A stretch of 64,000 nucleotides of DNA, from contig CAVSIV010000006.1 in the NCBI GenBank assembly GCA_963728205.1, positions 576,001 through 640,000 on the forward strand, written 5' to 3'. Positions 51,316 to 61,321 of this stretch are shown here, piece after piece. Both the position numbers and the translations under genes were made by a program. Each line of letters begins with the position of its first letter. The first letter of the stretch is position 1. Source of the stretch: an uncultured Chloroflexia bacterium. GTDB taxonomy: Bacteria; Chloroflexota; Dehalococcoidia; UBA2979. The notes beneath the pieces are model-generated. The model worked only from the letters and a program-made list of their open reading frames with translations. It had not been told where the DNA came from and did no database searches.

Positions 51316-51349
51316 GGCATCATAGCATCATGATGCCGTGGTGCGCACC
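51304..51349. promoter_or_regulatory. Perfect 20-bp inverted repeat over the vapB start and promoter
   Basis: GGTGCGCACCACGGCATCAT-AGCATC-ATGATGCCGTGGTGCGCACC. Confidence 0.8.
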
Positions 51350-51394
51350 CCGGGCCTCCGGCCCTCGGCCGCACGTGCGCCGTCCAGCGCCGGG

Positions 51395-51627
51395 TCAGCG
51401 CGGCCCTTCGGCAATCAGCGCGGCCGTCACCTGGGCCGCGGAGCGGCCGTCCGTCGAGCGCGCCGCGCCCACGCGGGGTCGTCGCGCGGCGCGCAGGGCG
51501 CGCGCCTTCTCCTCAATCGCCTCGCGCACGACGACCGCGAGCGAGACGTGGCGTCGCTCGGCCTCCGCTTCGAGCGTGCGCAGTGCCTCGGGCGAGCGCC
51601 GACCGTGGTGCGTCGCAGCCGGCTCAT
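51395..51627 (-). pseudogene. Orphan CopG-like antitoxin, frameshifted near the 5' end
   Basis: MSRLRRTTV then shifted EALRTLEAEAERRHVSLAVVVREAIEE..GAARSTDG; no toxin follows. Confidence 0.65.
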
Positions 51628-51892
51628 GATGCACGAGGATGGCGTCGCTCCCCGGTGGGCCCGCGGAATCTCACCCCCGCTCAACGTCTGCTCGACCCCT
51701 GCTCAACCTCCGCGACGCAGCATGTCGCCGCGCGTCCGAGGGATGCGCGAGCCGGCGCGCGCGCCCGACTCGCCCGGCCGCGCGGTTGCGCGCCGGGGCC
51801 GGGGCCGGGGACGCAGCGGGCGGGCGCGACGGCGACACATGCGCGCGACCACGGCCCGCCGGCGATCGCCGCGCGGCGATCGGAGCCATGCG

Positions 51893-52969
51893 ATGCGGAA
51901 GCGGTCGATGCGAAGGCGCGCGGCGCCGGGCGTGCTGGCGGCGGCGCTGATCGTCGTCGCGCTCGCGCTCGCGCTCGCCCCCGCCGCCGGCCGCCCGTGG
52001 GGCGCCGCGCGCGCCCAGGAGCCGACCGTCACCGCCACGCCGGGCGTCGTCCACACCCCCGTCACCCCGACGCCGACGCCGACGCCCACGGCGTCGCCGA
52101 CCACGGCTGTGCCGACGGCCACGCCGACCGCCTCCCCCGTCGCCGCGCCCACGACGGCCGCGCCGACCGCGACGCCGGGCGTGGTCCACACCCCGGTCAT
52201 CCCGGCCGCGGCCGCCGCTGCGCCGGCGCCGGCCGCGGCCGCGCTCACCGCCGCCGGCGGCACGGTCGTGGCGCCCGGCGCCGGGATCGCCATCCTGCTG
52301 CCGCCCGGCGCGGTCGCGGCCCCGGTGATCGTCACGATCACCCCGGTGTCCGCGCCGTCCGCCGCGCCGCTCGAGGAGCAGCCGCGGCTGCAGGCGATCC
52401 TGCACGCGCTCGGCGTGCCGGTGCCGCCCTCGACCTCGGGCGCGGCCGCGCTGGTGCTGGGGCTCTTCCGGGTCGACGTCACCGACGCCGCGACGGGCGT
52501 GCCCGCCGGCCCGCTGGCGCAGCCCGCGACGCTCTCGGTCGACGTCGGCGCGCCGGCGCTGGCGGCCGCCGGCGGCGACCTCGCGGCGGTGTCGGTCCGC
52601 TCCTTCGACGCCGCGACGGGCACGTGGACGCCGGCGCCGTGCGCGGCGACGACGACGGGGCTGGACTGTCGCGTGACGCACTTCTCGCTGTGGGCGGTGG
52701 TGGCGCGCGGCGTGCTGGCCGCGGGCGTGCCGCCGGCGCCGGCGCCCGGCGGCGGCGTGCAGCCCGCGCCGGCGTCGGCGGGCGGGGGCGCGCTGGCGGC
52801 GGTGATCGGCGGGGCGCGCAGGGAGGGCCTGCGCGACCGCGCGGTGCCGTGGGCGCTCGCGCTGATGGTGATCGGCGTCGCGGGCTTGCTCGCGGTGGTC
52901 GAGCTGCCGCGGCTGCGTGCCCGGCGCACCGGCCCGCCGGACGAGCGGCGCATCTTCCCGGACAGCTGA
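51893..52969 (+). CDS. Secreted, C-terminally anchored protein with a GPS-like HFS motif (copy 3)
   Basis: PWGAARAQ signal end; long PT linker; VRSFDAATGTWTPAPC..LDCRVTHFSLWA; C-terminal TM. Confidence 0.8.
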   Translation: MRKRSMRRRAAPGVLAAALIVVALALALAPAAGRPWGAARAQEPTVTATPGVVHTPVTPTPTPTPTASPTTAVPTATPTASPVAAPTTAAPTATPGVVHTPVIPAAAAAAPAPAAAALTAAGGTVVAPGAGIAILLPPGAVAAPVIVTITPVSAPSAAPLEEQPRLQAILHALGVPVPPSTSGAAALVLGLFRVDVTDAATGVPAGPLAQPATLSVDVGAPALAAAGGDLAAVSVRSFDAATGTWTPAPCAATTTGLDCRVTHFSLWAVVARGVLAAGVPPAPAPGGGVQPAPASAGGGALAAVIGGARREGLRDRAVPWALALMVIGVAGLLAVVELPRLRARRTGPPDERRIFPDS

Positions 52970-53234
52970 CCCGCGGTCCGGTGCGCGAGACGCAGCGACG
53001 CAGCGACGCAGCGACTGCGCCTCGGCCCGCGCCTCGCCTCGGCGTTCCCTCAACCCGCGCGCGCCATCTTCTCCTCGCCGCGTCCGTCGCCGGGGTCAAC
53101 GGGGGGCGCGGCAACCACGCTCGCACCGCGGGCTCCGTGCGCCGAACCGCTCGACGACGCACGTCCCCGCGGCGCGCCCGCCGCCGAATAGCCTCCTCGC
53201 TCATGCGCCGCACGCGATCGAACCGAGACGCGGG

Positions 53235-53771
53235 ATGCCGCCGCTGCTGTCGCTGCTCCTCGCGCTGTGGGCGATCGTGGGCTCGCACGTCGCGATCTCC
53301 GAGATGACGCACCCGGTCGAGTTCACGGACCTCTACGGCGTCCGGCGCGAAGGACCGGCCGCGACGGCGTGTCCGCACGGCGCGCCCGTGGTGTGGCTGT
53401 CGCCCTCCGCGACGCTCGCCGAGCTCGACCACGAGCTGGCGCACGCCGTCGACTGCCTCGACGACGGCACGATGAACGGCAGCCCGGGGCCGGCGCGCCC
53501 GGCGTCGCGGCCGGCGTGGGCGTCCGACTTCTGCTGGGACTCGCCGGTGGAGTGGTACGCGTGCCTGGTCGTGCACGACCTGCGCGTGCACCCGCAGGCG
53601 CCGGCCGCGTCCGCCGGCGGGAGCCGCGCGCCGGTCGCGCGGTTCGGCGGGTGGGTCGCGGCGCTGCGGTCGGTGCTGTCGCTCGTGTTCCCGCTCCCGC
53701 TGCCGCTCCTCTTGCCGCAGCGCACACAGCGGCGGCGTCCGCGACGTGACGGCACCGGCGGGCCGCGGTGA
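53235..53771 (+). CDS. Small exported HExxH (zincin-like) protein, copy 2
   Basis: FTDLYG, LDHELAHAVDCLDDG, RPAWASDFCW..EWYAC; paralogue of 48929. Confidence 0.75.
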   Translation: MPPLLSLLLALWAIVGSHVAISEMTHPVEFTDLYGVRREGPAATACPHGAPVVWLSPSATLAELDHELAHAVDCLDDGTMNGSPGPARPASRPAWASDFCWDSPVEWYACLVVHDLRVHPQAPAASAGGSRAPVARFGGWVAALRSVLSLVFPLPLPLLLPQRTQRRRPRRDGTGGPR

Positions 53772-54120
53772 GCGGCGGCGCGTCGCATGCCGAGATCCAA
53801 AACGGCGGCAGACATGCCGCCGACAGGACGCGGACGCAGTTCGCCACCGGCGGGCCGCGGTGAGCGGCGGCGCGTCGCATGCCGCGATCCAAAACGGCGG
53901 CAGACATGCCGCCGACAGGACGCGGACGCAGTTCGCCACCGGCGGGCCGCGGTGAGCGGCGGCGCGTCGCATGCCGCGATCCAAAACGGCGGCAGACATG
54001 CCGCCGACAGGACGCGGACGCAGTCCGCCACCGGCGGGCCGCGGTGAGCGGCGGCGCGTCGCATGCCGCGATCCAAAGCGGCGGCAGACATGCCGCCGAC
54101 AGGACGCGGACGGCAGTCCG
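53753..54120. repeat. 92-bp tandem repeat x4, each containing a REP unit
   Basis: Units start at 53753, 53845, 53937, 54029; near-identical. Confidence 0.92.
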
Positions 54121-54260
54121 CGCCCGGCCAGGCGCTTCTGTCGCCGGCCCTTCGCCCCGTTGAGGCGACCCATGTCTGTCGCCGCGTGGCGCCCGGGGTC
54201 CGCGCGGACTCGTAATCTCGCGGGACCCCCTTCTCAAAGCGACACATCGCGGCCCATCGT

Positions 54261-54461
54261 GTGAGCGAGCTCGTCATGGACGCAGCGTTGCTCCGGACGG
54301 CGGGCGACCTGGCGGAGCGCATGGAGCTCCGGGCAGACGACGCGGTGCACCTGGCGGCCCTCGTGCGGACCGGCGCGCCGGCGGACGTCACGTTCGCGTG
54401 CTGGGACGGCGCGCTGCGCCGCGCGGCGTCCGCGCTGGGGTACGACCTGCGGCCCGCGTAG
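54261..54461 (+). pseudogene. C-terminal remnant of a PIN toxin
   Basis: LRADDAVHLAA..FACWDGALRRAA..LG; N-terminus and antitoxin absent. Confidence 0.7.
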
Positions 54462-54506
54462 CGCACGGCGTCGGGCAACCGATCCCGCGCGGTCGTGCCG
54501 ATCCGT

Positions 54507-55953
54507 TCAGCGCCCGCGAATCACCGGCGCCACGCCGCGCGTGTCGATCACCGTCACGTCCGGCCGCTCGTGCTTCACCACGCGCAGGTACCACAGCGGG
54601 AACGTCAGCCCGTCGTCGTCGGAGCGGATCGTGCCGCCGCGCGGCGCGTGCGCGAGCGCCGCGCGGGCGGCGTCGAGCGCCGACCGGTCGCCGTGCAGCG
54701 AGACCTGCCGCGCGTTGATGCCGCCCCACAGCGCGACGACCGCCACCACCGCCACGCCGAGCCCCGCCGCCAGCGCCGGCAGCTCGCGGGCGCGCGAGCG
54801 GTCGCGCAGCCGGCGCCACGCCTCGGCGGCCCCCCACGCCGAGGTGAGGGCGGCGGCCATCGCCACCGTCGCGAGGTAGTCCTCGCGGCCGGTCGCGCGG
54901 TAGACGGAGACGAAGGCGAGCATCGCGACGACGTCGACGGCCAGCGCGGCGGTGAGCGCGGGGCGGGCGCGCCACGCGGCGAGCGCGCCGGCGGGGATGG
55001 CGAACCACGCCGGCGGCGGCACCTGCCGCAGCGCGAGCCGGATCGTCGGCGGCAGCGCCCGGCGCGCGTAGGCGAGCGACACGTCGGGCAGGCCGCGGTA
55101 CTCGGAGCCGCTGAGGTGCGTCCACAGCCCGTGCAGCGTCGCGGTGTCCCCCCACGCGATCGGCGCGTGCGCGCGCGCCACCAGGTAGCCGACCGACCAC
55201 GCCGCCGGCAGGAGGAACCCGGCGGCCGCCCACGCCAGCGCGCGCGCGCCCGGCCGCGCCGTCACCCCGGCGCGCGACCGCGACGGGGATCGCGAGCGCG
55301 AGCCCGGTGGGGTGGTTCCAGCAGAGGAGCCCGGCGACAAGCCCCGCGGCGAATGCCCGCGTTGCTCCCGGCGAACGGCCTCGCGTGAGCGAGCTGAGTC
55401 GCCGCCCCGACCCCGTGTCCGCCCCCGCGGCTCCCCCCGGCTCCGCGCCGCCGCTCAGCCGGCTCACGCCGGGCCGTTCCGCGCGGAGCGCCCCGGCATT
55501 GCTCGCGACGGCGAGCACCGCCGCCGCGAGCAGCGCCTGCAGCGCCAGCACCTCGGTGATGAGCGCCTCGGACCACGGGATCGGCGCCGTCGCGAAGAGC
55601 GCGCCGGCGAGCGCCGCCGCCCACCACGGCGTGCCGGCAATCCAGCGCCGCGCCGCGACGACGACCAGCGCCGCGGCGCCGGCCATGCACGCCGCCGAGA
55701 GCACGTTCGTGCGCAGCGCCGGCTCCGGCAGGAACGCGAGCACGTGCAGCGCGAGCCACCCGAGCGGCGTCCAGATCGCCTCGCCGGGCGGATGCCCCAC
55801 GCCCAGCACCGAAGCCACCGACACGAGCTCGGCGCTGTCGGTGCTCCCGTGCACCGTTGCCACGGTCGGCGCAATCGTCGTGAGGGAGAGCGCGAACGCC
55901 GCCGCGCCCACCGCGACGGGCACGAGGAGATCCGGGCGCAGCCGCGTGCTCAC
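54507..55953 (-). CDS. DUF2723 / TMEM260-like GT-C membrane glycosyltransferase; frameshift near 55280
   Basis: TIAPTV..DSAEL..LGVGHPPGE; WSEALITEV; second frame IAWGD..HLSGSEY..FPLWY. Confidence 0.8.
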
Positions 55954-56020
55954 GGCCGCGAGCGTACCCGCTGACCGCGACACGCGCGGAGCCCCCGCGC
56001 GCCGCGGCGAGCCGGTGCAG

Positions 56021-56050
56021 TCTCGCACAATCTCGTACAATGATGTACGA
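56021..56050. promoter_or_regulatory. TA operator/promoter (TCGTACA-N4-TGTACGA containing a TACAAT -10)
   Basis: Palindrome plus a direct repeat TCTCG(C/T)ACAA about 30 bp before the antitoxin start. Confidence 0.7.
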
Positions 56051-56081
56051 ACTACGCCAGGTCGCCCACTCCGGAGCCAGC

Positions 56082-56417
56082 ATGTCAGACCCGACGCCGC
56101 CAACCACCCAGACCGTCGCCGCGTCGGCTGCCCGGCAGCGGTGGAGCCAGCTGCTCAACCAGGTCTTCCGCCACGAGATCCGTGTCATCGTGGAGAAGAG
56201 CGGCGTGCCCGTCGCGGCGCTCGTATCGGCCGATGACCTGGCGCGCCTGGAACTCCTCGATCACGAGCGGGCCGAACGCTTTCGTGCGCTCGACGCGAGC
56301 TGGAAGGCGTTCGAGGGCGTGCCGGCGGCGGAGATCGAGCAGGAGGTCGCGCGCGCGGTTGAAGAGGCGCGAGCGCGCCGGCGTCTCGAGCCGCCCACCA
56401 CCGGCCCGACGACGTGA
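56082..56417 (+). CDS. Phd/YefM-family antitoxin
   Basis: TVAASAARQRWSQLLNQV..RVIVEKSGVPVAALVS. Confidence 0.9.
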   Translation: MSDPTPPTTQTVAASAARQRWSQLLNQVFRHEIRVIVEKSGVPVAALVSADDLARLELLDHERAERFRALDASWKAFEGVPAAEIEQEVARAVEEARARRRLEPPTTGPTT

Positions 56418-56830
56418 CGACTGCGGTCCTGGACACGAACGTCCTGGCCTCCGGGTTCGTCCGCCCGGAACCGCCACCCGGCAGGCTGCTCGCGGCGTGG
56501 CGCGCCGCGCGCTTCACGCTCGTCGTCTCCGAGCACATCCTCGATGAGCTGGGCCGGACGTTCGATGAGCCGTACTTCCGCGACCACCTCACCCCGGAGG
56601 AGCGCGCGGACAACCTCGCGCTGCTGCGCGCCGAGGCAGTCGTCGTGCCCATGACCGTGACGATCCGCGGCGTCGCCGCACACTCGGAGGATGACCTCGT
56701 GCTCGCCACGGCCGTCTCCGCGAACGCCGACTACCTCGTCACCGGCGACCGCGCACTGCGCGAGGTCGGGACGTTTCGAGGGCTGGTCATCCTCATGCCA
56801 CGCGAGTTCCTCGACGGCGTGGTCGGCTGA
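56414..56830 (+). CDS. PIN-family toxin (PIN_3 type)
   Basis: AVLDTNVLAS, SEHILDEL, EDDLVLATA, YLVTGDRAL. Confidence 0.92.
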   Translation: MTTAVLDTNVLASGFVRPEPPPGRLLAAWRAARFTLVVSEHILDELGRTFDEPYFRDHLTPEERADNLALLRAEAVVVPMTVTIRGVAAHSEDDLVLATAVSANADYLVTGDRALREVGTFRGLVILMPREFLDGVVG

Positions 56831-57063
56831 CCCCGGCTCGCGTTCGCGGCCGCCACCCGCCCGGGCGAGCAGCGCGGCATGAGCGCATCTGCTTTCGGCC
56901 CCGCACGCCACGCTGTACTGAACGGGCCGCCGAACAGCAGGGAGCTGACGCAGCAGCGCTCGCCGCAGCGGGGGCGCCCCGCCCGGCGCGCCACTTGACG
57001 TATTCCGCCCGGCGTCGCCACCATGACGCGCTCGGACGGCGGGGGGCGGAACGAGGACTCGTC

Positions 57064-57972
57064 ATGCTCCCAGCTCACTTCGCCACCCCACGCCTGCGCC
57101 GGGCGCTCCTGCCCGCGGCCGTGCTCGCCGCCGCCGCGGCGCTCGCCGTCGCGCTCGTCGCGGCGGCCCCGCGTCGCGCCGCCGGCGCGTCGACCACCTA
57201 CACGACCCTCGCCTCCCTCGAGCGCGACTTCGGCGACCCGCCCGGCACGACCTTCGCCCGGCTCCAGATCCCGTCGCTCGGCGTCAACGCGCCGGTCGGC
57301 CAGAGCGTCGCCGGCACCGACGGCAACATGTCGATGCCGCAGGGCCCGGCCGACGTCATGTGGTACGACCTCAGCCAGTGGTACGCGCTCGGCGGCGCGC
57401 CCGGCGCCGGCGGCAACGCCGTGTTCTCCGGCCACCTCGACTACGTCGCGAACGTCCCGTACGCGGGCGTGCGCTACGACGGCCCCGGCGTCTTCGCGCG
57501 CATCCACGAGTTGCGCATCGGCGACGAGATCGACGTCGCGTACCAGGGCCAGACCCTGCGCTACTTCGTGACGTGGAACCGCGACGTCCCGCCCGACTCG
57601 AACGAGTGGCCCTCGATCTTCAGCAACCAGGTCGGCATCGACAGCATCACGCTGTTCACGTGCGGCGGGACGTTCAACCTGTCGACGCGCGACTACTCGA
57701 CGCGCGTCGCGGTGCGCGCGGAGCGCATCGAGGGCACGCCGGCGATCCTGCCGAAGCCGGCGCCCGGCGGCTTCACGTACGGCCGCGCCGGGACGAACAA
57801 CCCCGTGGCGCTGGCGGCGGCGCAGAACTTCGCGGTGCAGAGCGTGTACGGCGAGGACGCGGCGACGCGGCAGTGGCTCGTCTACATCCCGGGCGCGCCG
57901 GCGTTCGTCGACACGCTCGTCGGGCACCTGGACCCGGCCGCGCTCGTGATCATCGTGCGGCAGGCGTCGTAG
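57064..57972 (+). CDS. Class F sortase with a C-terminal YxPGAP module
   Basis: LQIPSLGVNAP, VMWY, PG..GNAVFSGHLD, ITLFTCGGTF..YSTR (His-Cys-Arg triad). Confidence 0.88.
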   Translation: MLPAHFATPRLRRALLPAAVLAAAAALAVALVAAAPRRAAGASTTYTTLASLERDFGDPPGTTFARLQIPSLGVNAPVGQSVAGTDGNMSMPQGPADVMWYDLSQWYALGGAPGAGGNAVFSGHLDYVANVPYAGVRYDGPGVFARIHELRIGDEIDVAYQGQTLRYFVTWNRDVPPDSNEWPSIFSNQVGIDSITLFTCGGTFNLSTRDYSTRVAVRAERIEGTPAILPKPAPGGFTYGRAGTNNPVALAAAQNFAVQSVYGEDAATRQWLVYIPGAPAFVDTLVGHLDPAALVIIVRQAS

Positions 57973-58049
57973 CGAGCAGCCGACGTCCGCCCGCGCCGGC
58001 GCCGCGTACGCCAGCGCGCGGCATGGCGAAGGCTCGCCATGCCGCGCGC

Positions 58050-58140
58050 TGGCCGGTGCGACGCCCCGGTCATGCTCGGGCGGCGCGCGCCGACCATGTC
58101 GTCCAGGAACTGCCGGGTCATGGCGAGGGTGTCGTCGACC
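58050..58140 (-). pseudogene. Fragment of a Crp-type HTH
   Basis: DTLAMTRQFLDDMVGARRPSMT resembles DSFPMTQQFLSEMLGARRPSVT of the 59734 Crp. Confidence 0.55.
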
Positions 58141-58348
58141 GCCTGCCCCGTATTTCAGATGGATCTTCTGCATCGCGTTAACTCGGAGAGAGTGGGGTGG
58201 CTCGTACACTCCGCCGGTCCGTGACGGGACCCGGCACTCCCCGGCCGGCCCAGCCCGGACTTAATGCGGTGATCCCGCCCGATCGGCGGGCTCATCGTTG
58301 GCGGATCAACGAAGGGCCGGACATGCCCGTACCCGAGAGGAACGCTGG

Positions 58349-59569
58349 GTGAAGAGCAAGATGGGGCTGAAGGTAGGGGTGGGAGCCACCGCGCTCGCGC
58401 TCGTGCTGGCGCTGGTGGTGCTGGGGTCGCCGCGATCGGCGTCGGCGACGACGGCGACGATCTCCGGCCGGCTCTGGCTGGTGAGTTCCACGGTCGCGGG
58501 GAACGCCGTTCCCGCGAACATTCCCGCCACGACGCCCGACGTGACGTTCGACGTCAACTCGCCGATCGATTTCGCCGAGTACTCGTCGTCGACGGTCGGG
58601 CAGTGGCTGAGCTCGGGCGGCGCCTTCAACGTCGTGGAGAACACGCCGGGGGCGCTCTCGTCTTCCGTCAACACCGGCACGCTCGTGGCCTTCGGCGGCG
58701 TCGTGAGCGTGACCAACGGTGAAACCTTCACGGTGACGCACGACGACGGCCTCACGCTGATCATCGGGAGCACGAACCTCGGCTTCAGTGCGGGTCCGAC
58801 TGCTCCGATCACGAGCACGGCCACCTACACGGGACCGACGGGGATCTTCGGCTTCCAGCTGGTCTACGGTGAGCTCTCCGGCGCACCGGCCGTGCTCCAG
58901 GTCGACCTGCCCCTGGCGACGCCGACGATCGCGCTGAATCCGCCGTCGGCCGTGAACCCGGTCGGCACGAACCACACGGTGACCGCGACCGTGGACGACA
59001 ACAACGGCAACCCGGCGCAGGGCGTGACAGTCGACTTCTCGGTGACGAGCGGGCCGAACACCGGTGCGACCGGCACCTGTGCGGTCAACGCCGACTGCAC
59101 GACCGACGCCAGTGGGAACGTCTCCTGGACGTACACCGGCGGGACGACCGCCGGGATCGACACGATCCAGGCGTGCGTCGAGCTGACGCAGACCTGCACC
59201 ACGGCGATGAAGACGTGGTACGACCCGAACGCCGGTTTCGTGACCGGCGGCGGGTGGGTCGGCGCTCACGCGAACTTCGGCTTCGTGGCCAAGTACCAGT
59301 CGGGTTCCACGACGCCCGTGGGGAGCGTCGAGTACCAGGACCGCGACGCGGGCATCAAGTTCCACTCGAACAGCTTCGATGCGAACGGACTGATCGTGCT
59401 GGGTGACACGGCGACGGTCACCGGCACGGGCACGCTCAACGGCGTATCCGTGACGTTCACACTCACGGTCACCGACAACAGTCCGGACACGTTCGAGATT
59501 GCGTTCAGCACCGGGTATGACTCCGGGCTGCAGTCGCTCACGGGCGGCAACGTCCAGATCCACAGCTAG
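58349..59569 (+). CDS. Secreted beta-rich protein (PA14-like HDDG domain, Big_1 Ig domain, C-terminal GFVTGGG domain)
   Basis: Signal peptide ending ASA; VTHDDG; TVTATVDDNNGNPAQGVTVDF; GFVTGGGW..ANFGF..GGNVQIH. Confidence 0.8.
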   Translation: MKSKMGLKVGVGATALALVLALVVLGSPRSASATTATISGRLWLVSSTVAGNAVPANIPATTPDVTFDVNSPIDFAEYSSSTVGQWLSSGGAFNVVENTPGALSSSVNTGTLVAFGGVVSVTNGETFTVTHDDGLTLIIGSTNLGFSAGPTAPITSTATYTGPTGIFGFQLVYGELSGAPAVLQVDLPLATPTIALNPPSAVNPVGTNHTVTATVDDNNGNPAQGVTVDFSVTSGPNTGATGTCAVNADCTTDASGNVSWTYTGGTTAGIDTIQACVELTQTCTTAMKTWYDPNAGFVTGGGWVGAHANFGFVAKYQSGSTTPVGSVEYQDRDAGIKFHSNSFDANGLIVLGDTATVTGTGTLNGVSVTFTLTVTDNSPDTFEIAFSTGYDSGLQSLTGGNVQIHS

Positions 59570-59733
59570 GCTGCACCGATCGGCGTGCCGAGAGGCAGAG
59601 GGGACATCCCCTCCGCCTCCCTCGACCCGTCGAGCCGATCGCTCGCCCGGGGGAGCGCCGTTCGTCCTCGCGCTCGGCCCCGCGCCCTGGTTCGCGGCCA
59701 GTCCCCGCGCGCCGCGCGGCAGCGGTGGCGCGG

Positions 59734-60510
59734 CTACGCGGTGCCGTCCCCGCTCGCGCGCACGAGCGCGGCGTCTGTGGCGCCCCCGCCGGAGCCGCCG
59801 GTGAGCATCGCGAAGCGGCGCCGCACCTGGGCGTAGCACTCGCAGGCCGCGGCTTCGAGCGCGGCGCGGTCGGCGATGGCGATCGCGCCGCGCGTGTAGG
59901 CGATGCAGCCGGCGTTGCGCAGGCCCTGGACGGCCTCGGTCACGCTCGGGCGTCGCGCGCCGAGCATCTCGCTCAGGAACTGCTGGGTCATCGGGAAGCT
60001 GTCGCCGTCGGAGCGGTCGTGCATCGCCAGCAGCCAGCGCGCGCTGCGCTGCGACACGCTGTGGAAGTGGTTGCACGCGCCGGACTGCACGAGCATCGCC
60101 ATCAGCAGCCCGGCGTAGTGCGTGAGCAGCGCGCCGAGCACGCCCGATCGCTGCAGCTGCAGCCGCAGGGCGTCGCGGTCGACGACGATCGCCTGTCCCG
60201 GCAGCTGGACGACGGAGCGCCACGGGGACGGCTCGGGGCCGAGGCCGAGCGGGAAGCCCAGCACGCCCTCGCGGCCGATCACGCCGGCCTCGAGCGTCTC
60301 GCCGCCCGCGAGCACGGCGAGGATCGAGAGCGCGCCCGAGAGCGGGAAGTAGACGTCCTCGAGCCGCTGCTCCTGCTCGTAGACCAGGGCGCCCGGGAGG
60401 AGGGTCGTGCGTCGGGCGCCGCGCAGGAGCGCATCCCGCTCGCGCGCCGGGAGCGCGGCCAACAGCACGTTCTGGGTCGCGGGCAGTTGCGAACGCGTGT
60501 CGCCGACCAT
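59734..60510 (-). CDS. Crp/Fnr family transcriptional regulator
   Basis: NVLLAALP, VYFP..G, IGREG, ACNHFH..RSARWLL, TQQFLSEMLGARRPSVT. Confidence 0.92.
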   Translation of the reverse strand: MVGDTRSQLPATQNVLLAALPARERDALLRGARRTTLLPGALVYEQEQRLEDVYFPLSGALSILAVLAGGETLEAGVIGREGVLGFPLGLGPEPSPWRSVVQLPGQAIVVDRDALRLQLQRSGVLGALLTHYAGLLMAMLVQSGACNHFHSVSQRSARWLLAMHDRSDGDSFPMTQQFLSEMLGARRPSVTEAVQGLRNAGCIAYTRGAIAIADRAALEAAACECYAQVRRRFAMLTGGSGGGATDAALVRASGDGTA

Positions 60511-60724
60511 GGGCCGGTCCCCACCTTCGTCCGCGAGCGTACGCAGGCGGCGGTTGAGCGGGCAGGGACTTTCGGCGGGTAGCGTGGGGGACCCGGCGGA
60601 GGGCAGGCTGCCGGCGGGCGGCTGCCGCCGCGGTGAGTGGGACGGGGGACCGGGCCCGCTGGCGCCGTCCCGCACGAGCTGCTCGTGATCCGCAGCGGCT
60701 GCCGCCGGCCGGCAGCCGGCGGAC

Positions 60725-60827
60725 CTGTCGGCGGCATGTCTGCCGCCGCTTTGGGCGGCGGCGCCGCCCCGCCCGCCCGCCGGCCGCCAGCCGGCGGACC
60801 TATCGGCGGCACGTCTGCCGCCGCTGA
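60725..60827. repeat. Two tandem REP units
   Basis: CTGTCGGCGGCATGTCTGCCGCCGCTTT and a variant. Confidence 0.8.
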
Positions 60828-60925
60828 GGGCGGCATGCGCCGCCCGGCCCGCGAGCGCGAAACCCCCGGCGCGCTCGCTCCCCGCGCGCCTTGACCCGCG
60901 GGCCGCTCCGCCGATAATCGCGCCC

Positions 60926-61321
60926 ATGCGCCTCGCACCGCGACCGGGCCACCTCAACCGCTTCGACCGCGCCGTGCTCGACACGCTCCTGCCCGCCGGC
61001 GCGCACCCGGCGCTCCCGCGCGGCGTCCTCGAGACCGGCTTCGACGCCTTCCTCGCCGACCTCGAGCGCGACGCCCCCGCGCGGCTGCGCCGCGCCTTCC
61101 GCCTCGGCCTCTTCGCCGCCGGCTGGGTCGCGCCGCTGCTCGTCCGCCGCGCGCCGCCGCTGTCGCGTCTCGCGGCCGCCGACCGCGAGCGCGCGCTCGA
61201 GGCGATGGAGCGCTCGCGCTTCGCCATCCCGCGCCAGCTCCTGTCGGTGCTCAAGACCGTCGTCGCGCTGCACTACGGCGCGCTCGACGACGTCCGCCGC
61301 GCGATCGGCTACGGCGCATGA
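60926..61321 (+). CDS. Small accessory protein upstream of the GMC oxidoreductase (gluconate-2-DH subunit-3-like)
   Basis: ATGA overlap with GMC; LLSVLKTVVALHYG..VRRAIGY. Confidence 0.7.
   Translation: MRLAPRPGHLNRFDRAVLDTLLPAGAHPALPRGVLETGFDAFLADLERDAPARLRRAFRLGLFAAGWVAPLLVRRAPPLSRLAAADRERALEAMERSRFAIPRQLLSVLKTVVALHYGALDDVRRAIGYGA

Noticed and set aside
53753-54120. Possible CRISPR array
   Set aside because: The intervening sequences are identical rather than unique spacers, and there are no cas genes; it is a tandem repeat
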